62,981 bases of DNA from an uncultured Thermodesulfobacteriota bacterium (lineage in GTDB: Bacteria; Desulfobacterota; BSN033; WVXP01), in contig CAYGBW010000003.1 of the NCBI GenBank assembly GCA_964348185.1, positions 1 to 62,981 on the forward strand, given 5' to 3'. Shown here one piece after another: positions 27,706-36,376 of this stretch (within the stretch, counting starts at the first letter, position 1; every line of letters starts with the position of its first letter). Position numbers and translations under genes: made by a program. A model generated the notes under the pieces. That model was given only the letters and a program-made list of their open reading frames with translations, had not been told where the DNA came from and made no database searches.

Positions 27706-28890
27706 ATGGTGCTAAGAGGTTTGAAATGGATGTCTTTCGGCATGTTGGTGGGGGTTTTCACCCTGAAGACTCTGGGGGCATTTTCTTGGGCTGCCGAGCC
27801 TATCAAGATTGGGTGCACCATTTCCCAATCCGGCCGGTATGCCGACTCGGGATCCTATTACAAGGAAGCCTATCTCATGTGGCAGGACGATGTGAACGCA
27901 AAAGGGGGCCTTCTGGGGAGGCCAATAAAGCTCATCATTTACGACGATGAGAGCTCGGCGGATAAAGCCGTTGGTCTCTATGAGCGGCTGATTACGGTTG
28001 ACAAGGTAGACCTCCTGCTGGGACCCTACACGAGCACGATCATTTATCCGGTTGGAAGAGTGTCAGAGAAGTACAAAATGGTCCTTCTCCAGGGCGGGGG
28101 CACAGCCAGTAAAATCTTCGAGGCGGGGTTCAAGTATATGTTCCTTACCCTGCCAGGCTTCTCTGAGCAACACGCGATCGGGTTTTTTGAGTACCTCAAC
28201 ACGGTCCCGAAAAATCAGTGGCCAAAGAAGGCAGCGGTAATCTATGGAGATAAATCTGCGAGTATCGCCAATGCCCAGGGGGAAAAGGATCACGCCGAAA
28301 AAAACGGCATACCCGTGGTCCTTGATGAAAAGTATCCACCGGATGCAACGGATCTAACCTCGGTAATTACGAAAGCCAAGAATCTGGGGGCCGACTTGCT
28401 GATGGCTGGGACCTACTTTCCCGATGCGATTCTCATCGCGCGGACGATCGGTGAGCTGAACTACAAACCCAAGTACGTCCTTCTCACTGCGGGCGTCTCG
28501 GATTATAAGTACGGGGAGAATCTGGGAGCTCTTGCCAATAACATCATGGGCACGGCTTGGTGGCACGATTCGATTCCTTTTTCCCTTGACTGGACCAAGA
28601 GATATGAGAAACGGTTTGGACGTCTTCCCGATTATCATGGCTCTGGCGCATACGCGGCTGCCCAGATCTTGGAAGAGGCGGTTCGAGGAACAAAGAGCCT
28701 TGATAACACGGTGCTCCGAGACTATATCGTCGGCCACTCCTTTGATACGATGATCGCCCAGAATCTCAGGTTCGATGAACGTGGGGTGCCCAGTTATTCC
28801 ATGGTGACTCTACAGTGGCAAGACGGAAAGCTTGAGGTGATTTGGCCTCCTCATGCGCAGACAGCAAAACCGAGACCCTTCGGGCCATAG
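27706..28890 (+). CDS. Periplasmic substrate-binding protein, HAAT family (second set)
   Basis: 394 aa. Signal peptide, then EPIKIGCTISQSGRYADSG, typical of the family. Confidence 0.85.
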   Translation: MVLRGLKWMSFGMLVGVFTLKTLGAFSWAAEPIKIGCTISQSGRYADSGSYYKEAYLMWQDDVNAKGGLLGRPIKLIIYDDESSADKAVGLYERLITVDKVDLLLGPYTSTIIYPVGRVSEKYKMVLLQGGGTASKIFEAGFKYMFLTLPGFSEQHAIGFFEYLNTVPKNQWPKKAAVIYGDKSASIANAQGEKDHAEKNGIPVVLDEKYPPDATDLTSVITKAKNLGADLLMAGTYFPDAILIARTIGELNYKPKYVLLTAGVSDYKYGENLGALANNIMGTAWWHDSIPFSLDWTKRYEKRFGRLPDYHGSGAYAAAQILEEAVRGTKSLDNTVLRDYIVGHSFDTMIAQNLRFDERGVPSYSMVTLQWQDGKLEVIWPPHAQTAKPRPFGP

Positions 28891-29148
28891 AGCAGGACTT
28901 CCGGTTTCAGGCCTGTTGTCTTTTGGAGACAGCAACGTGGCGTGGGGGATATTGCCCAAAGGGAAATGGGCGAGACCCTCACGGCGCTCCGCCTTACGAT
29001 GCCGGAAGTAGGCAGGGGTTGAGGGGATTGGCCTCCTCCCCTGCTTGCCCCGGTAGGAATGATGAGGTTGCTATAGGTATTCGTGACAGATTTGGGCAAC
29101 CGTGAATCGCGAGGTGGAGCGTCCCGCAGTCCCAGCGAGGAGGCGGAG

Positions 29149-30519
29149 ATGGCCGAGCAGAAACAGCTGCGCATTCTTTGTCCAAACGGGCACTTGGGTT
29201 TTGCTCCCACCAAAGAGGAGAGCTTCTGGCTGGGGGCGGAGACCAGGCCTGACTTCTATTGCTGTGATTCGGGAAGCGATGATATCGGCCCGGCGCCATT
29301 GGGTCTGGATAGCTCGGCTAGCCCTTACGAATGGCAGAAGCACGATTTGGAGTTAATGCTCGTTGCCTCCAGAAAACAGGGAGTGCCAATGATTATCGGC
29401 TCGGCCGGGGATACCGGAACGAAATCCAGGGTGGACATGTATGTCGACATCATTATGGGGCTTGCGGAAGACCACCAGTTCGCAGGTTTCAAGCTCGCCT
29501 ACTTCTATTCGGACGTGGACAAAGCGTATCTGAGAGAGAAGATGAGAAAAGGGACGACTGTCGAGGGACTCGACGGGCGGGCGAGCTTGACCGAGGAGGA
29601 CCTGGACAAAACTGACCGGATCGTAGCCATGGCGGGTGTGCACCCGTATATCAAGGCCCTGGATATGGGGGCAGATGTTATCATCGGTGGCCGTTCCAGT
29701 GATTCTGTCATCTTTGCGGCACCGGCCATAAGGGCAGGATATCCTGAAGCCCTTTCCTATTACTTGGGTAAGGTGTTGGAATGTGCCTCTTTTTGTGCCG
29801 AGCCCTATGCTGCGAAAGAGTCGGTCATCGGCACCATAACCGATAAGGATGTAAAGGTTACCGCCATGCACCCGGACCAACGCTGTACGGTCGCCTCGGT
29901 GGCCGGGCACGCAATGTATGAAAGGTCTAATCCTTTCTTCGAATATGTGGCAGGCGGTATGCTTGACATGACTGATTGTGTATATGAGCAGTATGACGAA
30001 AAGACGACCCAGATCACCGGGCCCAGATTTGTGCCGGTTCAGGGAAAGGTTAAAGTCAAGTTGGAGGGATCAGGTAAAGTCGGTGAGAGATTCATCGGTA
30101 TTGCTGGGATCCGTGATCCCTATACCATAAACAATATTGACCGGGTAATTGAATGGGCGCGGTCCCAGGTGGAGGAGAGGTTTGCGGGCAAGGATTACCA
30201 ACTGTATTACAAGATTTTTGGAAAAAATGGGGTGATGGGCGATCTTGAGCCGGTCAAGGAAATAAGGTCCCATGAACTGTGTATCGTGGTCGAAGGCATC
30301 GCACCCACGAAAGAAACGGCGGAAGAAATTACCATGATCGGCACCAGACAGATCTTTTATGCGCGACTTCCGGAGGTAAAAGGAACAGCCGGGACAGCGG
30401 CTTTCTTTATCGATGAGGTTCTTCAGGCCTCGCCCGCTTACACATGGACGATAAACCACGTGGTTCCCGTAGACGACCCGATGGAACTTTGCAAGCTTCA
30501 CCTCATCGAGATCGGTTGA
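29149..30519 (+). CDS. DUF1446 (AtuA-like) family protein
   Basis: Start moved to ATG 29149 (GAGGAGGCGGAG upstream). About 456 aa. Assigned mainly because it is followed by a DUF4387 gene, the usual partner of DUF1446. Confidence 0.55.
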   Translation: MAEQKQLRILCPNGHLGFAPTKEESFWLGAETRPDFYCCDSGSDDIGPAPLGLDSSASPYEWQKHDLELMLVASRKQGVPMIIGSAGDTGTKSRVDMYVDIIMGLAEDHQFAGFKLAYFYSDVDKAYLREKMRKGTTVEGLDGRASLTEEDLDKTDRIVAMAGVHPYIKALDMGADVIIGGRSSDSVIFAAPAIRAGYPEALSYYLGKVLECASFCAEPYAAKESVIGTITDKDVKVTAMHPDQRCTVASVAGHAMYERSNPFFEYVAGGMLDMTDCVYEQYDEKTTQITGPRFVPVQGKVKVKLEGSGKVGERFIGIAGIRDPYTINNIDRVIEWARSQVEERFAGKDYQLYYKIFGKNGVMGDLEPVKEIRSHELCIVVEGIAPTKETAEEITMIGTRQIFYARLPEVKGTAGTAAFFIDEVLQASPAYTWTINHVVPVDDPMELCKLHLIEIG

Positions 30520-30520
30520 T

Positions 30521-30723
30521 TAGTCGTCACTGAAGAATGTCCCTGGAGCGAACATTACGGAGTTTTTGGGGCTACCCGTCTTGGCGAAGGGAGTGTCCCC
30601 GAAGGGGCGAGATTCAGCTGTCTGAGGCCGCCAGGCCGAGTTCGGAAGATCGAACGACCGAGCCTTAGAACGGGTCAAAAACTCCGTACAGAGAGGGTCG
30701 GGGGCGTTTTTCAGTGACGACTC
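30521..30723. repeat. Nested inverted-repeat element of about 200 bp (REP/MITE-like) between the DUF1446 and DUF4387 genes
   Basis: Perfect 13-bp outer stem agtcgtcactgaa (30522-30534) / ttcagtgacgact (30710-30722). Perfect 13-bp inner stem tacggagtttttg (30556-30568) / caaaaactccgta (30676-30688). Further partial pairing inside (acccgt / acgggt). Confidence 0.75.
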
Positions 30724-30741
30724 ATTAAAGAAACTAAGGCG

Positions 30742-31068
30742 ATGAAGGTCAAAAAACTCGTTGAGCTAGCCAAGACAATTCGCAGCAAGAACGCTGGGAC
30801 GGACAAGATTACCTTCGATATCATCTTCAGGGAGAAGGATAACTATGAGCGGGTAAAATCCAACAAGGTGATTACGAAACAGCGTATCGCCAAACTGTAT
30901 GGAATCCCGGAAGAGAGAATATGCGATTTTGTGGAATATGATCCAGCTTATGCGATAAAGTTTACGATACTGAGGGAGAGGCCGAGTGGGAGTCCGGGGG
31001 AAACAGACATATTTGGATGTCAACAGTATCCACCGTTGCTGGATATAGAGGTTCAGGTTGATGAATAG
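30742..31068 (+). CDS. DUF4387 family protein
   Basis: 108 aa. TIRSKNAGTDKITFDIIF ... ETDIFGCQQYPPLLDIEV matches my memory of the DUF4387 signature (IRSKNAGP..). It is the usual partner of DUF1446. Confidence 0.65.
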   Translation: MKVKKLVELAKTIRSKNAGTDKITFDIIFREKDNYERVKSNKVITKQRIAKLYGIPEERICDFVEYDPAYAIKFTILRERPSGSPGETDIFGCQQYPPLLDIEVQVDE

Positions 31069-31079
31069 GGCAACGGTGA

Positions 31080-31771
31080 AGTCTTTTTTGAATCGTCGTT
31101 GAGCCAACGATTCCCCTGATCTGTTCGATACGACTCCGGAGTCTTCCATCTCTGTTGATCCCTCGCGCAATAAACCTGCAGGCCCCACCAACACTACCCT
31201 GACTTTCCCGGGAAAAGGCCTCTGCAATCTTCTTCAACGAGGTGCCCCACGACTCCCTGGCCGGGTACATGGCAACCTGCCTCGCCTCATTCCCCTTCCC
31301 CCTTCGTCCCTGAAAGAGACCCTCCTCAGTGACCTGACAGACACCCCTGTTTTGATCACCGGGGATACACGAGGCTTCAAAACCCTGGTTTCATAACCCA
31401 TCGGTTCTTCCAAGGACAATGTTAACAACTCCGACTTTATCTCCAAGTTACGCTAGAAACAAGTTTGAGATTTTTCTGGATTCCAATGAATTTAAAATCG
31501 ATGCACTGGGAATCATTGGGCGGATAGTCAAAACAATTCTGAATAAATGTGCGTAGTGTGGATCCAGAATTCGCAAAACTGCAGTTAACTTATTTAGTCT
31601 TGACAAGCAATATGCCATTTCGTTACTTTGACTTAAGTTCTGGTCTGTGGGTGTCAGGGGCGAAGGAACCTTGAATTGTCCTTCACCTGGGAGCGCATCT
31701 CTGAGAGGGCAGTCTAGAAATACTCCGTTGTCCGATCCACGGACGTCAGAATCTGTGGGGCGAGGGGACAC
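31080..31771 (-). pseudogene. Decayed IS200/IS605-type (Y1, REP-associated-like) transposase with a DnaA_C-like HTH tail
   Basis: Reverse-strand frames read ..SDVRGSDNGVFLDCPLRDAL.. (compare HV.SRGN.R..IF.DD.DR..FL) and ..MAYCLS(12-aa insertion)DPHYAHLFRIV.. (compare AYCLM.NHYHLL). After a frame change the sequence reads ..GKGNEARQVAMYPARESWGTSLKKIAEAFSRESQGSVGGACRFIARGI.., resembling a DnaA domain IV-like HTH. The frames are broken by stops and shifts, and there is no intact start. Confidence 0.45.
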
Positions 31772-31795
31772 ATCATTCCAAACGAGGAGGAGACT

Positions 31796-32083
31796 ATGAG
31801 AGTTGCATACAAATCGATGCTGGCCACACTCTTGCTGATGGTTGTTCTCGCAGGATTGACAGGGGGGCCGATTTGGGCGGAAGAACAGAAGAAGGTGAAC
31901 CTTAACAACGCGACGATTGAAGAGCTATCCACCCTGAAGGGCATCGGGCCATCCTATGCCCAGCGAATCGTGGAATACCGAGAGGTCCATGGTCCCTTTC
32001 AGCAGCCTGAGGATATCATGAAGGTTAGAGGGATCGGGATGAAAACATTCGAGGTCAACAAGGATATGATTACGATCGAATGA
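31796..32083 (+). CDS. comEA: ComEA-type helix-hairpin-helix DNA-binding protein (secreted)
   Basis: 95 aa. Signal/anchor sequence, then VNLNNATIEELSTLKGIGPSYAQRIVEYREVHGPFQQPEDIMKVRGIGMKTFE. Confidence 0.8.
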   Translation: MRVAYKSMLATLLLMVVLAGLTGGPIWAEEQKKVNLNNATIEELSTLKGIGPSYAQRIVEYREVHGPFQQPEDIMKVRGIGMKTFEVNKDMITIE

Positions 32084-32194
32084 GGAGATAGAGGTCGCAT
32101 GCCCTCGCCCCGCAGTACTTCGGCCTTCTACACGATGGGTCAGACCTCGGTCTCTCCCTTTGGCTCTTTCTCGGTCTTAGGGACGGCATTGAAG

Positions 32195-32800
32195 TTATGG
32201 CCTCCTTCTTCGTCTTACCTCTTGGAGGAAATCGGAAAACTTGACGTCCCTTTGAACGAGGAGGACGAAGAGATGGTAGAGGACGTCAACGCTTTCTTCA
32301 AGGGTTCTCTGTTTAGATTCCTTCTTCGCTGCATGGATGAACTCTCCTGACTCCTCATTCACTTTTTCGCATATTTTCTCAAGACCTTCTGCGAAGAGTG
32401 CCGCCGTGTAGGACCCTTCGGGCATGTTCTGCTTGCGCTCAGTCAGAACGGTATAAAGCTCGCTCAGAATGTCGTCGGTTTTGCTTTCTTTGAAACATGA
32501 AGTTGAGCCGGTGTGACACGTGGGTCCTTTGGGCATTACCTTGACGAGAAGGGTGTCATTGTCGCAATCAGGCTTTATGCGCACAAGCTCAAGGGTATTT
32601 CCACTCGTTTCACCTTTCATCCAGAGCCGTCCTTTGGACCGACTGTAAAACCACACTCTCTTCGTCTCTATCGTTCTTTTAAGTGCATCCTCGCTCATGT
32701 AGCCAAGCATTAACACGATGCCCGTCTCGGCATCTTGAACGATGGCAGGTATCAGACCGTTCCCTTTTTCCCAATTCAGTTCGGATCGTAATGGGTTCAT
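32195..32800 (-). CDS. hisI: Bifunctional phosphoribosyl-AMP cyclohydrolase / phosphoribosyl-ATP pyrophosphatase (HisIE)
   Basis: 201 aa. HisI part: [25 protein letters not shown]...[16 protein letters not shown]...[10 protein letters not shown]...CHTGSTSCF. Followed by a HisE-like helical C-terminus. The start overlaps the upstream stop by 4 nt. Confidence 0.9.
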   Translation of the reverse strand: MNPLRSELNWEKGNGLIPAIVQDAETGIVLMLGYMSEDALKRTIETKRVWFYSRSKGRLWMKGETSGNTLELVRIKPDCDNDTLLVKVMPKGPTCHTGSTSCFKESKTDDILSELYTVLTERKQNMPEGSYTAALFAEGLEKICEKVNEESGEFIHAAKKESKQRTLEESVDVLYHLFVLLVQRDVKFSDFLQEVRRRRRP

Positions 32801-34929
32801 ATCCGTACCGGTATGTTGTGCTCCCTGAGGTAAGCTTTAAGCTCAGGAACCTCAAGCTCCCTGTAGTGGAAGAGACTCGCAGCAAGTGCTGCGTCGGCCT
32901 TGCCATCGGTAAAGGCTTCCAAAAAATGTTTTTTTGTCCCAGCACCACTTGAAGCGATGATTGGAATACTGACACTCTCAGAAAATGCCTTCAATAGCTC
33001 GATATCATAGCCGTCCTTCATTCCATCCATGTCGAGAGAATTAACCAAAAGTTCCCCAGCGCCGAGACTTTCCATTTGCTTGGCGAAGGCAATGGCGTCA
33101 ATCCCAGTGGACTCCCTCCCACTTCTAATGTAAATCTCCCAATGGTCCCCGGCGCGCTTTGGATCGATGGAAATAACGATACACTGCGACCCGAACTGCT
33201 CAGCAGCTGCTTTCACAAAACCGGGATCTTCCACTGCTGCTGAACCAATGGACACTTTATCGGCACCGCTCTTGAGGAGATCCCTAATCGTATCCAGCGT
33301 TCTAATTCCACCGCCAACCGTGAAGGGAATATTGATGTTTTGAGCAATCCGCTTCACGAGATCATAGAGGGTGTTTCGGTTTTCCACCGTCGCCATAATA
33401 TCGAGGTAGACGAGCTCGTCCACTCCCATTTCGCTGTAGAGTCTACCCAGTTCAACAGGATCGCCCGCATCCCGCAACTGTACGTAGTTTGTGCCCTTGA
33501 CTACCCTTCCTTCTTTGATGTCCATACAGGCAATGATCCTTTTGGCTAGGTTCAAACCTCCCCTTTCAGCTCTCGCGGGTTTTCCGTCGGAGTCAAACCC
33601 CCGTCTTACCAATTCCTGGAGATTGATTTTACCCTCATAGAGGGCTTTGCCAATAATTACGGCAGAGGCCCCCATCTCTTCCAGTTTTCTAACATCCCCA
33701 TCGGATGAAACCCCGCCAGCCACCATGACCTTGAAAGGGGATTCCAGCACCTTTTCAATCAATTCAAAGTTAGGACTCGTAAGGGTGCCGTCCCTCTTAA
33801 TATCGGTAAGGAGAATAAGCTCTAGGCCGAGTTCGTCTAGCTCATCGAGAAGATCAAACAACGGCTTTTCTGTCATTTCCTGCCAACCCCGAATTGCAAC
33901 AACCCCTTCTTTTACATCAACCGCGACGACAATGCGGTCTCCCCCATACTCCTCGACGAGCCTTTTAATTAGTACCGGATTGGAGAGAGCCGATGTTCCC
34001 AAGATGATCCTTTTCACCCCACCTTCCAAATACCTTTTCCCATCGCCGTAGGTCCTGATCCCCCCGCCAACCTGTACAGGAATGTCCAAGAATCGAACAA
34101 TTTCGAGAACTTCCCTGACGTGTACCGGCTTGCCCTCTCTCGCTCCGTTCAGGTCGATAATGTGGATGAGGGATGGGCCGTGCTTTTGGAGTGTGAATGC
34201 GTTCTCAAGCAGATTATCGGAATATATCCTGCACTGTGTGTAGTCTCCTTGAAGGAGCCGTACACACTTTCCGTCCAGAATGTCCATTGCAGGAATGACT
34301 TCCATTTTCTGTTGCTTACCCAGTTCCAGTTTGCAGAAGTTGCGAAGAAGCCTGAGTCCAACTGGCCCTGACTTTTCTGGATGAAACTGGACACCGTAGA
34401 AGTTGTCTTGGCTGAGGACAGAAACGAACTCCGAGCCATAGAGGGTTTTTCCCAGCACGACACGATCATCAGCATCGACATAGTAGGAATTGACGAAATA
34501 GAAGTACGAACCATCAGGAATGCCCTTGAAAAGGGAGTGATTCTGAACTCGATCCACCGTATTCCACCCTATTTGGGGAACTTTGAGTTGAGATTTTGGA
34601 TCTCCATATGTTGCAAACCGCTTAACTCTACCGTCCACAATCCCGAGACAGGCGGTATTGTCCTCTTCCGAAAACGGCAAAAGCAGCTGCATTCCCAGGC
34701 AGATGCCAAGAAATGGCACTTTGATTTCCTTGATTGCCGTGTCGAGATTCCGCCTCTTGAGCTCCTCCATGGCTGGAGCCGCCCGCCCCACCCCCGGGAA
34801 TATCACTTTATCCGCGCCTTTGACATCGTTTGGATCAGACGTGAGTTTGTAATTTACACCCAGTATGTCGAGCCCGTTTGTCACCGAAGCAATATTGCCT
34901 GATTTGTAATCAATAACGGCAACGCTCAT
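32797..34929 (-). CDS. hisHAF: Single-polypeptide fusion HisH - HisA - HisF (glutamine amidotransferase, ProFAR isomerase, IGP synthase cyclase)
   Basis: One uninterrupted 710-aa ORF. Residues about 1-205 are HisH ([21 protein letters not shown]). The HisA part follows ([22 protein letters not shown] ... VQVGGGIR ... AGGVSS). Linker [19 protein letters not shown]. The HisF part follows ([19 protein letters not shown] ... FTVGGGIR ... IASSGAG). Confidence 0.85.
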   Translation of the reverse strand: MSVAVIDYKSGNIASVTNGLDILGVNYKLTSDPNDVKGADKVIFPGVGRAAPAMEELKRRNLDTAIKEIKVPFLGICLGMQLLLPFSEEDNTACLGIVDGRVKRFATYGDPKSQLKVPQIGWNTVDRVQNHSLFKGIPDGSYFYFVNSYYVDADDRVVLGKTLYGSEFVSVLSQDNFYGVQFHPEKSGPVGLRLLRNFCKLELGKQQKMEVIPAMDILDGKCVRLLQGDYTQCRIYSDNLLENAFTLQKHGPSLIHIIDLNGAREGKPVHVREVLEIVRFLDIPVQVGGGIRTYGDGKRYLEGGVKRIILGTSALSNPVLIKRLVEEYGGDRIVVAVDVKEGVVAIRGWQEMTEKPLFDLLDELDELGLELILLTDIKRDGTLTSPNFELIEKVLESPFKVMVAGGVSSDGDVRKLEEMGASAVIIGKALYEGKINLQELVRRGFDSDGKPARAERGGLNLAKRIIACMDIKEGRVVKGTNYVQLRDAGDPVELGRLYSEMGVDELVYLDIMATVENRNTLYDLVKRIAQNINIPFTVGGGIRTLDTIRDLLKSGADKVSIGSAAVEDPGFVKAAAEQFGSQCIVISIDPKRAGDHWEIYIRSGRESTGIDAIAFAKQMESLGAGELLVNSLDMDGMKDGYDIELLKAFSESVSIPIIASSGAGTKKHFLEAFTDGKADAALAASLFHYRELEVPELKAYLREHNIPVRI

Positions 34930-35987
34930 AGGACACCTTTGGTTGATGGCAACGATCCTCCTAAACGATGGTCACGTTCGCACGCCATCCTTAAGCCTCG
35001 GCCAAAGGCCTTGAAGATGGCCTCGATTCTGTGATGTTCATTTCTGCTGTAACGGACATTGATGTGAATATTGGCTCTGAGAGATTCAGAAAGGGATCGA
35101 AAGAAATGTTCCACCATTTCTGTTGGCAGATCACCGACCCTCTCTCTTTTGAACTCACAATCAAAGACAAGATATGGACGGCCACCCAGATCCAGGGCGA
35201 CTTCGGCCAATGTGTCATCCATGGGTAACAGGAACCCGTACCGGCAAATACCCCTTCTCGGGCCCAATGCCCTAGAGAGTGCTCCCCCAAGAGTAAGACC
35301 AACATCTTCAACGATGTGATGTGCGTCGATATCTAAATCCCCCCTTGCCTTAATTCGGAGATCTACTAATGAGTGCTTCGACATTTGCTCAAGCATGTGG
35401 TTGAAGAACTTGAGATCTGTCTCAATCTTGAAACTCCCCTTCCCATCGAGGTTGCACTGAACGAAGACATCGGTTTCATCGGTCTTTCGATCGACAGAGG
35501 CAAGCCGCGGAAATGACCCATTTGTCTCCATCTGGATCCCCCACACACCCACATTCTTGGCAAACTCCAAGTCCGCCTCCCTGTCTCCAATCATGATCGA
35601 TTGCTCCAGGTTGATCTTCTCCTGCATAAGAAAATCTTGGACGAGGCCCGTCCGAGGCTTCCGGCATAAACAATTATCCTCGGGAAAGTGTGGACAAATG
35701 AGGATACGATAGAATTCAATTCCTTCTTTTTGGAGTAGCTCCAGGAATTTCTCTTGAGGCCTTTGAAAATCCTCCTCTGGAAAAGACGACGTCCCTCTTC
35801 CGTCCTGATTTGAAATCATAACAAACCGATACCCCTCCTCTTTGAGCCGCTTGAGTCCCTCAACAACCCCAGGAAGCACCTGGACTTTCTCAACCAAATC
35901 GATCTGCTCTGTGTCGACTGGCTCCAAGATGAGTGTACCGTCGCGGTCAAGAAAGGCGATCTTCAACGGTTCACGGAAAGCTCTCAT
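34926..35987 (-). CDS. hisB: Bifunctional histidinol-phosphatase / imidazoleglycerol-phosphate dehydratase (HisB)
   Basis: Start moved to ATG 35987 (MRAFREPLKIAFLDRDGTLI, HAD motif I). The C-terminal half is IGPD-like (DAHHIVEDVGLTLG, RNEHHRIEAIFKAFGRGL). Confidence 0.9.
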   Translation of the reverse strand: MRAFREPLKIAFLDRDGTLILEPVDTEQIDLVEKVQVLPGVVEGLKRLKEEGYRFVMISNQDGRGTSSFPEEDFQRPQEKFLELLQKEGIEFYRILICPHFPEDNCLCRKPRTGLVQDFLMQEKINLEQSIMIGDREADLEFAKNVGVWGIQMETNGSFPRLASVDRKTDETDVFVQCNLDGKGSFKIETDLKFFNHMLEQMSKHSLVDLRIKARGDLDIDAHHIVEDVGLTLGGALSRALGPRRGICRYGFLLPMDDTLAEVALDLGGRPYLVFDCEFKRERVGDLPTEMVEHFFRSLSESLRANIHINVRYSRNEHHRIEAIFKAFGRGLRMACERDHRLGGSLPSTKGVL

Positions 35988-35994
35988 CAGATGT

Positions 35995-36335
35995 CCTTTG
36001 CTAGTATAGCGTCTCAACAATAACTTGAGTAATTTACACGATCGCACGCTGTCCTGAAAACCGACATCTTAAATCCGAAATTCGAATATCGAAATGCGAA
36101 ACAAATCCGAATATCAAATGACCAAAATCCCAAACATGTTTAGAACATTAGAGAATTCGAGTTTTGATATTGTCCTTCGACTCTGCTCAGGACCGTGAGC
36201 TTGTCGAACGGCTCGTCGAACCATTTCGGGTTTCGAATTTCGGGCTTCGAGTTTTGAATTTGGACATCTCCACACGTACGATCAGTTTTAGTGCAACTTT
36301 TGTAAACTACTTTGGGGACGTAATGCTAGATCTAG
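35995..36335 (+). repeat. Copy A of an interspersed element of about 330 bp with heptamer-array arms (MITE/REP-like), inside the his operon
   Basis: Left arm 36071-36118 has CGAAATN-type 7-mers. The core hairpin is GCTCA ggaccg TGAGC (36185-36200). The right arm 36223-36263 has TTTCGRR 7-mers, complementary to the left arm. Long identical runs are shared with the reverse complement of 50576-50948, for example gaatatcgaaatgcgaaacaaatccgaat, tcaaatgaccaaaatcccaaaca and tctgctcaggaccgtgagcttgtcgaacggc. Confidence 0.8.
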
Positions 36336-36376
36336 GATTCGTTTTTGACGACAGGTAACCGATGAACGACCCCATG

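Noticed and set aside
30530-30570. Hammerhead ribozyme core (CUGAAGA at 30530-30536 followed by an AATGT/ACATT stem)
   Set aside because: No GAAA element follows the stem, and there is no suitable stem I/III arrangement or cleavage-site triplet. More simply it is part of a long inverted repeat.
36164-36358. 64-aa ORF MILSFDSAQDRELVER.. and its homologue at 50562-50771
   Set aside because: These are translations of the two copies of the interspersed element. The similarity is at the DNA level and extends well beyond the ORFs, and the copy B ORF contains the 27-nt insertion.
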